This document shows positions 38,982 to 47,672 of a DNA stretch of 64,000 nucleotides, piece by piece. Below the pieces are notes generated by a model that worked only from the letters and a program-made list of their open reading frames with translations, was not told the origin of the DNA and did no database searches. The translations under genes were made by a program, and so were the position numbers. Location: assembly GCA_019721075.1 (NCBI GenBank), contig JAHEAD010000007.1, positions 1 through 64,000 on the forward strand. Direction: 5' to 3'. This DNA is from Candidatus Sysuiplasma jiujiangense (GTDB lineage: Archaea > Thermoplasmatota > Thermoplasmata > Sysuiplasmatales > Sysuiplasmataceae). Each line of letters starts with the position of its first letter. The stretch's first letter is position 1.

Positions 38982-40088
38982 CTACGCGGGTAATCCGTAC
39001 AGAGTGGCAAGGGACTGGAATTCATAGAAGACAGGCTGCCTCAGGTTGTAATTGCTTATTATATCGGTTGAGTTGGTGTTCCATGTGTAGGAGGAGAAGA
39101 AGTCGGTGTAGAAAGGAAGGACCGCGCTTGCATTGATCTTGAGTGCGAAATAATACAGCACCTGCATCCATTCCCTGTCCAGCATAGCCCTCGAGGGATT
39201 GTGTATATACTTGCCGTCGCCGCTCCATGCTTCCGCTATCCACACGGCCTTTCCTCCGTTGCCGTTCTGAGTCAGGAATTTCATTGTGCCATAGAAACCC
39301 TGGGTGTCGTATATGTCGAAACCAATGAAGTCAAGAGAAGGTATCTTCTCCACAAGCTGCAGATAGCGAACCTCGAATGAAACCTTTCCCTGGTAGTAGG
39401 AACTGTTGTAAAGATCATATGCCGCCACTGAAACACCGACAATCGTCTGTGGAGAGACGCTCTTGACAGCGTTGATAAGAGAGACGGTGAGATTGCTCCA
39501 GTCATACGGACTGTGAACAAGCGGGTTGGTAAGGGCATCCGAAATCATGGGGAAATACCAGCCAGGTTCCTTCACAACAATATATGCATAAGGATGATAG
39601 AGACTGGCAAGCGTCCTGACCCTTTGTATCCACTGCTGCTTGAAGTCGGTCCAGTTCAGCTGGCCTCCGCTCCTGTATGTCTCAGATGAGGCATCGGCAA
39701 TTATCAGTGCCTTTCCGGACGACTTGACAAGGTTCACCGCACTTGTAATTTCGCTGATAATGGCCGTGTTGTTGGTTAGCCATGGTCCATAGCCGATGTC
39801 TATGCGTATCGCTGAAACATTGGATGACAGAAGCATTTTTATGTCAGCTGCCTGGACCTGCATTGTGTTGTAACTTTTAATGCCGTAAGAAGACCTGAGC
39901 GCTGTGGCGCCAAAAATCAGAGACCCGTTTGAAGACGGTTTCCAGTTGATGAGTTGCCGGTTCAGCCACTGGGTGGTTATAGACCCTGATCCGGGGCTCC
40001 TGTTCAGTTCCACGAAGGCCACAGAGACAGTTGCGCTCAGGAGTATGGCAAAGGCTGCAACTGCGAAAATGATGCGCCTTCTTCTCAT
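38982..40088 (-). CDS. Membrane-anchored putative clan GH-A-like (TIM-barrel) glycoside hydrolase
   Basis: RRRR + TM N-terminus; AIRIDI, VVKEPGW (NEP-like), DFIGFDIY, VWIAEAW. Confidence 0.6.
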   Translation of the reverse strand: MRRRRIIFAVAAFAILLSATVSVAFVELNRSPGSGSITTQWLNRQLINWKPSSNGSLIFGATALRSSYGIKSYNTMQVQAADIKMLLSSNVSAIRIDIGYGPWLTNNTAIISEITSAVNLVKSSGKALIIADASSETYRSGGQLNWTDFKQQWIQRVRTLASLYHPYAYIVVKEPGWYFPMISDALTNPLVHSPYDWSNLTVSLINAVKSVSPQTIVGVSVAAYDLYNSSYYQGKVSFEVRYLQLVEKIPSLDFIGFDIYDTQGFYGTMKFLTQNGNGGKAVWIAEAWSGDGKYIHNPSRAMLDREWMQVLYYFALKINASAVLPFYTDFFSSYTWNTNSTDIISNYNLRQPVFYEFQSLATLYGLPA

Positions 40089-40695
40089 TCGCACTAAAAC
40101 CGTGGTATGTTTTTAATTAATATATCGTCCAGAAAATCAAAAAAGGACCCGGGTGAGATGCTACGCTTTCCGCAGCTTTACAATATAAACATCAGTATCA
40201 ATGGTGACAATCAGGCACTGGAAGCACAGGTGAAGATGCTCAAGGCGACGAGTATTCCTTCGGGCCCTGGCAACAGGCAATTTACAGAACGATTCCGAAT
40301 TCTCGAGGTTCACACAGATGCCGGAGAGGTTAATGGGAAAACTGCAGCAGGTATTACGGCCCGGCGAGAGTGTGCGGTTTGCACTTAGGGGCATGGGCAT
40401 GTCACATTTCCAGGGAGGAAATTTTGCAGGAAACTTCAGGTCTCCCAGCAGAGGCGACGGGAGTTCGCATGTCGGCCATCCCTGATTACCTATAACAGAC
40501 AGAAGACTGCCTCTCGTTTCCACCGGACTGGTTTCGTTCGAGTCAATGTCCGTCAATGTCCTTTACATGGGACCGGCTCAATTCCATTGAACTCCGGCAG
40601 GACATTATGGACGGCCATGTGATCATAACAGGCATGTCAACCGCAGAAAACCGGACATTCCGGAAGAAGGTGGGACCCCTTACACTGCAGGCAGT

Positions 40696-40830
40696 TCAGT
40701 TGTCGATATTGTTCAGTTTCACACGTGAAAGAGCAATAACTTCATCAGGAAGGCAGATGCCAAGAAGGGAGCAACGCGGGCATTTGGGGCTGTCAACAAG
40801 CGGAGGCGGAATGGCAGAGCAGTCTGCAGT
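40696..40830 (-). pseudogene. cas4: cas4 C-terminal relic (type I-G/I-U Cas4/Cas1-fusion style)
   Basis: IPPPLVDSPKCPRCSLLGICLPDE with three Fe-S cysteines; no upstream nuclease core and no downstream cas1. Confidence 0.75.
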
Positions 40831-41016
40831 ATGCTTATTCCTGCATGCGGACAGGACAGGATCGGCGTGACACCACACCCGGTCCATTCGTTGATCGGTA
40901 GAATTCACATGGGGCGATATGATGCAGACTCTAGGCTGTTGGGACGCCTTCACAGCCAGTAAGCACCATAGACGCAGGCACCATCTGCATATATTTCTAT
41001 ATTGATATAGTGCTAT

Positions 41017-41217
41017 ATGAGTGAAAAAACAACCCTTCTCGCTTCCAAGACTACAAAACAATATCTTGAGCTTGTAAAAGACGAGACAGGGCTGCAGAGT
41101 TACGATGAGGTTATTGACTTCCTGCTCAAGACTTCGAAACGTTTGGCAGGCAGCGAGAAAGGCAGACTTCCCAAGTTGAAGACCTTCAGGAGGGAAGAAG
41201 GTTACCGCACTCTTTGA
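41017..41217 (+). CDS. VapB-like antitoxin
   Basis: 66 aa with SYDEVIDFLL and FRREE tail, overlapping the PIN gene. Confidence 0.7.
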   Translation: MSEKTTLLASKTTKQYLELVKDETGLQSYDEVIDFLLKTSKRLAGSEKGRLPKLKTFRREEGYRTL

Positions 41218-41576
41218 TAGTTCAGTCTGGATTGAATACTGGAAGGGCGGCGGATATGCCGGATGCGGCAGCCCAGTATATTGAAGGAAATGAAAGAGCA
41301 CTTGCGCCAACAATTAATGTGGGTGAAGTTCATAATTGGATAGCAAGAACATATGGTGAAGAAGAGGCAAATGAGAGAGTTGCCTCAATTGAGAGAAGAT
41401 GCCATTTGCTTCCGGTGTCAAAGGAAATTGCGATTGACGGATCCAGACTTAAACAGAAATATGGTCTCTCTATCGCAGACTGCCTGATTCTCTCCACAGC
41501 TTACAGATATTCGGCCACGGTCATTACTGGCGATTCCGACTTCGAGAAAATCGATAATGTGGTCGTGCTGAAGTAG
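41201..41576 (+). pseudogene. vapC: VapC PIN toxin with a +1 frameshift and lost start codon
   Basis: LFDSSVWIEYWKG is in the 41201 frame while NVGEV, SIADCLI and ITGDSDF are in the 41214 frame; shift at about 41260. Confidence 0.75.
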
Positions 41577-41690
41577 TGTTAAGTGTTGTGGTCAATATAA
41601 TGATTTGAATCGGAGAAGAGACCGGTGTACAGCGACTATACTAACGGCCAATGATAAAATAGATATGATGACCGTTATAAGTGAGCGAAA

Positions 41691-42297
41691 TTGAATCAGA
41701 AGCAGTCCCAAAGAGTTGCGTGTTTTCTGCCGAAAACCAGGGCAGAACTGCCCTATCTTCTGTATTTTCTTGTTGAAATTGCAGTGTTCCTTGCTGTCAA
41801 TATTCCTACAGGTACCCTCAGTTTTGCCTTCAAAGCAGCCAGCAACTCCGCTCAATCAGGATACACTTTTCCCTCTGACCTATTCCCTTGCAATATTTTC
41901 ATTTCTGCTTTCACTTTACTGGTTCAGGCATGAGGGCATTCTTGCGCTGCCTTATGCGATCGGAATCCCCTTCCTGTGGGTAATATTCTTTGAGATCCTG
42001 TGGCAGAATTCCTTCGTTTTCTTTGGAACACTGAATGACAGCCTGACGAATGAAGTGGTGCTTCTGAGCTGGCTTTTACCAGGCACAGCATCCTTTCCTG
42101 AGTGGAGGATGGACAGAATATCTCTGATCGCCTTCCTTACCTTTTCAGCAGGCTGGGTCTACTGGTTTGCAAGCGGTTACCTGCAGATGCCTTCAGCTGC
42201 CGGATATCTGTTTAATATTCCGCTGAAAATAGGTGCGTTCCTAGCTGTGCTGATACTGGTCATGCCCAGAAAGAGGCCATTGCACATTGAGAATTGA
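41691..42297 (+). pseudogene. Membrane protein, probably frameshifted near 41830
   Basis: The first TM is in the 41691 frame and the remaining TMs are in the 41716 frame. Confidence 0.5.
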
Positions 42298-42537
42298 ATT
42301 CTTGTTCGCAACCGGCGCAAACCGCTTTCAAGAAGGCTCCATGAAGCCCGTACTCCTCTACGAGCTGATACAGGCTGCGAAAATTGAATTTCAGGGCAAA
42401 GATACTTTTTCATGATTGCCTGAAGAATCCATTACTGCAAACCCGTGATTTTGAAGTAGTCTCACTTTTGGCAGTCGGGCCGGATAACGCTTCATATCGA
42501 TGATGCGTAGGGAATATTGCTACCTGCCACAAAATTC

Positions 42538-42640
42538 TTAGTGGCGTGTTCGAAAACTTGTGGTCTGGATTCCATGTATTCCACTTCGGCGGTAAAAGAG
42601 GCTATTCCTTTCTTGTGCCTTCTTCAATGTCTGTGTTGCA
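42538..42640 (-). mobile_element. IS630-family right-end scar (copy 3)
   Basis: TTAGTGGCGTGTTCG end encoding TRH*, matching 12449 and 35615. Confidence 0.5.
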
Positions 42641-42725
42641 CTCACCAAAATGCGGAAGTGCGCTATGGATCAACACTTTTTCGAGATTAGGCAATATTTA
42701 ATATAAGTTCCGCTAATTTAGGATT

Positions 42726-43289
42726 ATGAGCCTGACCTACTATGACATCATTACTCTGACATTCGGGGAATCAGAATTCACTTCCGATGAACTGGCTGCA
42801 AGGACCGGCAGCACGAGGGCTCCAAAGCTTCTGAATGAGCTCAAGATGAGGGGCTATGTCATGAGGACGGCGAGAGGCAGATACCGGGCGTTGAAGCCCT
42901 CTGAAAGGCCCGACCTCCGCGAAAATGAGTGGAACAGGGCGAGGAAGATCATACTTGCAGGCCCTGAGCCCAAAGCATGGACCGGTACCAGTGCGGTAGA
43001 GTTATGGACCGGCATGAGATACTGTCTTGCTCCGTCTGTTTATCTCAGGGAATTTCATATTGCCATTCCCGAAGGCAGAAGTTCAATGTGGAAGAACTAC
43101 CTCAGGTCGCATGGTGTTCCAACAGGCGGAAAGAGGAAGATTGGTGTCATTGTAAAACTCTACCCTTCAAGGAACCTGCGAATAGAACACCTTCTTGGAG
43201 AACCGGTGATTTCCAGGGAAGAGACCGTCAGGATAATAAGAGAGCATCCCTCGGTGTATGCCTCTGCAGAAGGTCTGCTGATTTCATGA
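42726..43289 (+). CDS. AbiEi-like wHTH antitoxin/regulator
   Basis: FTSDELA...LLNELKMRGYVMRTARGRY wHTH; WTGTSAVELW. Confidence 0.7.
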   Translation: MSLTYYDIITLTFGESEFTSDELAARTGSTRAPKLLNELKMRGYVMRTARGRYRALKPSERPDLRENEWNRARKIILAGPEPKAWTGTSAVELWTGMRYCLAPSVYLREFHIAIPEGRSSMWKNYLRSHGVPTGGKRKIGVIVKLYPSRNLRIEHLLGEPVISREETVRIIREHPSVYASAEGLLIS

Positions 43290-43990
43290 TGCCCGCTGGC
43301 AGAGAAAGGAGAATCGTTTCCGTGCTCGACGGCTGGCCATTCAGCGATGACCAGGCGGTTATAGGAGGATATGCTGTCGCCGCCTATGGTCCGGCGAGGT
43401 ATTCACAGGACCTTGATGTCGTCGTCTCCAGAGCTTCGCTTGAAGGGGTGAAAGAATGGCTGAGGTCGGAGGGGTTTGAGTTCAGAAAAGGTTCATCGGT
43501 GCAACCGGGTTCGGATGCATTGTTCTTACGCGGAACTGACGGTCAGGCAACAGTTGACATTTTGTCCGGAGCAGTTGTGGACAGGGAAGTGAAGGTGAAA
43601 ATACCGGACATCTGGATAATAGAAAAATCAAGGAAAACACGTCTCATTTTAATGTCCAGTTCCACACAGCATGAAGTTCCAATTGCCAGGCCTGAGGCAA
43701 TATGGGCGCTGAAGCTTCAGGCAGGAAGGGATCAGGATATCGGAGACCTTTTCTCGATTAGCCGTCACTCCATCGATGCTTCGGAAATCATATCTCTTTT
43801 CAGACTGCTGAGGTCGAAAACGCTGTCAGACAGGCTGGAGAAAGTCAGAGGCAAATTGCATGAGCCGAAGTTGTACGAGGATTCAATTTCAAGGCTTGGC
43901 AGAGGAAAACCAGCCGATAAGCGGAACAGGAAGGACTGGTCAAACTTCGTTTCACTTGCGATCCGCATAATTGACAGCAGTATGCCTTGA
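43286..43990 (+). CDS. AbiEii-like nucleotidyltransferase (type IV TA toxin)
   Basis: VIGGYAV...RYSQDLDVVV, VDI, LKLQAGRDQDIGDL; ATGA overlap with the upstream gene. Confidence 0.8.
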   Translation: MMPAGRERRIVSVLDGWPFSDDQAVIGGYAVAAYGPARYSQDLDVVVSRASLEGVKEWLRSEGFEFRKGSSVQPGSDALFLRGTDGQATVDILSGAVVDREVKVKIPDIWIIEKSRKTRLILMSSSTQHEVPIARPEAIWALKLQAGRDQDIGDLFSISRHSIDASEIISLFRLLRSKTLSDRLEKVRGKLHEPKLYEDSISRLGRGKPADKRNRKDWSNFVSLAIRIIDSSMP

Positions 43991-44095
43991 CTTTTCTATG
44001 TACCTGTGCTTCCGTTGTAGCGTGTCAGGGAGCAGGATTCCAGGTTCCCTGCCAGTCGAAAGTTTCGTAGTTTATATGCTGCTCTGTGCCGTCAC

Positions 44096-45589
44096 TTATG
44101 CTCCCTTATAAATCTGATAGTACCAGCTCTTCTTTACTTTTCCAGTGAGGTCGAAATACACGTGCTTTATGTATGTGAACTCTTCGAGCGAATAGGGAGA
44201 CAGTGAAGCACCGTGTCCGCTTTGTTTATACCCGGCCCATGGCATCTCTGAGGGCACCGGAACATGTTCATTTATCCAGACGGTTCCAAACCGAAGATCC
44301 TTTGCAGCATTCATTGCAGTTTTAACATCCTTTGTCCACACGGACGAACCGAGACCATAAGTCACGTCATTTGCCTTCTGAACAGCTTCGTCATAACTGC
44401 TGAATGGGAGCACGGTAAAAACAGGCCCAAAAATCTCTTCCTGAACAATGGATGACTTCTGGTTTTCTGTATATACCACAGTGGGCTCGAAAAAGTACCC
44501 ATGTTCAAGACCCTTGATGTTCGGCCTCTTTCCGCCGTATTCAAGTCTGCCCTGTTCCTCCATCCCTCTTTTCACGTAGCCTTCCACTCTTTCTCTCTGG
44601 GTCTCCGATACCAGTGGACCCATGTCAGTGTTCTCATTGAGCGGATCTCCCACCTTTACCTTTGAAAGCTTTTGGATCAGCATCTTCATGAATTCATCCT
44701 TTACCGATTCGTGCACATAGTATCTTGTTGAATTTGCGCAGTCCTGTCCGTTATTCACCATCCCTCCTACTACGGCCCCTTCAGTTGCTGCGTCCAGGTC
44801 GGCATCGCCGAATACCACAAACGGAGCTTTGCCACCAAGTTCCAGCGAAACCTTCTTGAGGCTCGAAGAGCCTATTTCCGAAAGTCTTTTTCCGACCTCC
44901 GTACTTCCTGTAAATGCAATCATATCCACATTTCTGTTCCTGGCAAGTTCCTCACCTACCAGGCTCCCGGGGCCTGTCACAACATTAAAAACACCTTTTG
45001 GAATTCCTGCAGTTTCAACAAGCTTTGCCAGTTCCAGAGTCGTCAACGGAGTATAGCTTGCCGGTTTCACGACAACGCTGTTTCCCATCGCCAGCGCGGG
45101 GAAAGCTCTCCAGACAACCATCATCAGCGGATAATTCCATGGAGTGACGACTGCAACAGTGCCAATTGGTTCCCGTCTGATCGCACTCGTGCCTTCCTGC
45201 ACATACTCTCCCATCGCCTTGCCTTCCAGAATTCTGCAGGCGCCTGCGAGAAACCTGATGTTGTCAATTGTGTAGGGAATGTCGTAATTGACCGTTTGCT
45301 TTATTGGTTTACCTGATATGCGGCTTTCGAGTTCTGCGAACATGCCTGCTTTTTCTTCCAGGAGGGAAGCAACTTTCAGCAGAAGGTTAGACCTCTCTCC
45401 CGGTGTCAGTCTACTCCAGCTCCCTCTTTCAAAGGATAGTTTCGCGGCATCGACTGCCCTGGCCACATCTTCCCGGGTTGCTTCCGGAACCCGATCAAAA
45501 GCACGGCCATTTGAAGGATTGATAACATCTAAGTGTTTCTCACTGGAGGATTCCGTCCATTCTCCATCAATATACATCTGATATGTCAC
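44096..45589 (-). CDS. NAD-dependent aldehyde dehydrogenase (aminobutyraldehyde/betaine-aldehyde-like)
   Basis: PWNYP, FTGSTEVG, LELGGKAP, NNGQDC, EEIFGPV. Confidence 0.92.
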   Translation of the reverse strand: MTYQMYIDGEWTESSSEKHLDVINPSNGRAFDRVPEATREDVARAVDAAKLSFERGSWSRLTPGERSNLLLKVASLLEEKAGMFAELESRISGKPIKQTVNYDIPYTIDNIRFLAGACRILEGKAMGEYVQEGTSAIRREPIGTVAVVTPWNYPLMMVVWRAFPALAMGNSVVVKPASYTPLTTLELAKLVETAGIPKGVFNVVTGPGSLVGEELARNRNVDMIAFTGSTEVGKRLSEIGSSSLKKVSLELGGKAPFVVFGDADLDAATEGAVVGGMVNNGQDCANSTRYYVHESVKDEFMKMLIQKLSKVKVGDPLNENTDMGPLVSETQRERVEGYVKRGMEEQGRLEYGGKRPNIKGLEHGYFFEPTVVYTENQKSSIVQEEIFGPVFTVLPFSSYDEAVQKANDVTYGLGSSVWTKDVKTAMNAAKDLRFGTVWINEHVPVPSEMPWAGYKQSGHGASLSPYSLEEFTYIKHVYFDLTGKVKKSWYYQIYKGA

Positions 45590-45595
45590 GGTCAG

Positions 45596-46858
45596 TCACC
45601 TCTCCTTTCCCTCTTCGGATGCCGTAAACTTTCCCTCCCAGAGATCATCGAATAGATGTTCAAGATTGTCCCTCGTCAGCTGTCTTGGATTATATGCAGA
45701 CAGGTTGTACAGAAATTGCCTCTCATTGAGCATGTAATCCAGCATCGAAAAGAGAAGATCCTTGGATTCCTTTGTATTTCTCATCAGGGCAGGATCAACT
45801 TCAACTTGTCTCATCAGTGCGGTAATATGCGATATCAGCCTGTCGCACACATCGTCGTCGCTGTTGGGATTTTCCTCTTCTCCGAAAGCAGACAGCAACT
45901 GTCTCATCCTGTGCTTGATACGGGAGCGGTTGAAGTCTATCACATGCGGAAGCATAAGCGCTACGGCGAGACCATGCGGCATTCTGTATTTAGGTCCGAA
46001 AGCTTCCGCCATGTAATGGCCGATGGTTGCAGGTCCGCCCACCCAGGGAAAACCGAGAACCCAGCCTCCCATCGTAGCGGCAAGCGAGAGTGCGGTCCTG
46101 GCCTCCTCGTCATGTCCGTTGCGGTAGGCTCTGGGAAGGTATGTATTTACCAGCGACGTTCCCTGTAATGCCAGTCCATCCGATATCTGGTTGTGGAGGC
46201 TCGAAACAATCCCCTCATCAAGATGGCCAAGAGCATCGAGCGCGGGAAATCTTGTTGCGTTCGGAGGGCAGGAATATGTATTTTCCGGATCAACTATCGT
46301 TGCAGTGGACAATATCTTGTTGCTTGTTATCCAGGTCTTCACACCTTCATGTATTATCACGAGAGTGTTTGATGTTTCGCTCCCCGTTCCCGAGGTCGTT
46401 GGGATCAGTATTTCCGGAACTCCTCTGTTTTTTACCTTGTCAGAGGCAGGATCCGGAGGAAGAGCACAATATTTTATCGGATCGCCGGGATTTGTCTTCA
46501 TTATGGACATCAGTTTGGCCATATCCAGGGAACTGCCGCCCCCAACGCCGACGACGCAGTCGAATTCATTGTCTCTGGCAAACCTGGCAATTTCCAGAGC
46601 CACAGACATGTCAGGTTCCTTTGCATCGATTATATTCTCTATAAATGGAATCTGGCCGGACTTGAGGCTGCTGACGACCTTATCAGTGATTCCGGCATTC
46701 TTGACATTGGCATCTGAAACTATTACTGGTTTTTTTGCACCAATGTCCCTGACTATGCCGGATACCTGGGATGTAAGCCCTCTCCCGAACAGAATTCGCT
46801 TTGGGTTCTCCCAATCCATGGTCAGTTTCCCGGTCAATACTTCATTTTCGATATTCAT
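45596..46858 (-). CDS. Iron-containing alcohol dehydrogenase
   Basis: GGGSSLDMAK, PTTSGTGSE, DALGH, HYMAE...PHG. Confidence 0.9.
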   Translation of the reverse strand: MNIENEVLTGKLTMDWENPKRILFGRGLTSQVSGIVRDIGAKKPVIVSDANVKNAGITDKVVSSLKSGQIPFIENIIDAKEPDMSVALEIARFARDNEFDCVVGVGGGSSLDMAKLMSIMKTNPGDPIKYCALPPDPASDKVKNRGVPEILIPTTSGTGSETSNTLVIIHEGVKTWITSNKILSTATIVDPENTYSCPPNATRFPALDALGHLDEGIVSSLHNQISDGLALQGTSLVNTYLPRAYRNGHDEEARTALSLAATMGGWVLGFPWVGGPATIGHYMAEAFGPKYRMPHGLAVALMLPHVIDFNRSRIKHRMRQLLSAFGEEENPNSDDDVCDRLISHITALMRQVEVDPALMRNTKESKDLLFSMLDYMLNERQFLYNLSAYNPRQLTRDNLEHLFDDLWEGKFTASEEGKER

Positions 46859-47672
46859 TGGCGTTTCACTATGGCTTGTAATTACGCCGAGTGCATTAGT
46901 ATTTTTTGGTACTGTCAGTCAATGAGCAGAAAGTACACGCTATTCTCATAATTTCCACTCAGTGCCCAGTTTGGAAATGTACCCTGTTTTGTTCGGGATT
47001 CTGATTGCATCATCATTCCCGGGAGATGACTTTGTACGGGGAATGAAGAAGCCGAGCGCGCGCAACCTGTCACTTCTCAGGAGAACGGTCAGGACAGATG
47101 GGCAGGAGCGTGACAGTGACGGGCATCCATCTCTGGACGGGGGATGACATACTGCATACCGTCAGGCAGAAGTAAAACGTGCCCTGAAACTCTTGGTTTG
47201 TACTGTTCAGACTCTCCACCGTCGCCGCCATTGCAGAGGCGACAATCAACTTCACTTCATTGAAACTGTGAAGCATCGGCGGCAAGGACGTTCTACGAAG
47301 TAATCTGCACCCCTATGTCCATACTCGGACAGAAATTACGGCGTAGCTGCCTGTCATCTAGGCAATCAGTGAGTTTTTTCCACACATCAAATCAGGAAGA
47401 GGGTTGAGATATGCCGGGTGACGCTTATATGTGGTTGTATTTCCACGGGCCCGGACAGACTGTGGCAGTTTGGAATTTTTTGCCTCTTTAGCGCTTTTGC
47501 AAATTTCAAGCATGAATGAATTGCACATGTGAATTTCCCAGATCCAATATTCAGGATGCCCGCTTCTGGCCGTGATTCTTTTCCTGCCCTGGAATGATGC
47601 AGCCAAAAAGACCCGGGGTGTTTCACACGGTGTCCTGTTTACGGCGCCAGATGTCCTCAGCGCGCGATGTTC

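Noticed and set aside
40557..40592. 36-bp stretch with a short GTCC/GGAC hairpin ending ATTGAAC near the cas4 relic, like a CRISPR repeat
   Set aside because: Single copy with no spacer periodicity, so no array can be supported
40696..41313. 205-aa minus-strand ORF as a real gene
   Set aside because: Mostly antisense to the vapBC pair; only the last 40 or so codons are cas4-like
42977..43285. N-terminal 103 aa of the 337-aa NTase ORF
   Set aside because: Overlaps the antitoxin in another frame; the ATGA-coupled start at 43286 is more plausible
46860..47670. Possible IS607 resolvase-like fragment (RALKLLVCTVQTL)
   Set aside because: Similarity too short and weak to call by eye
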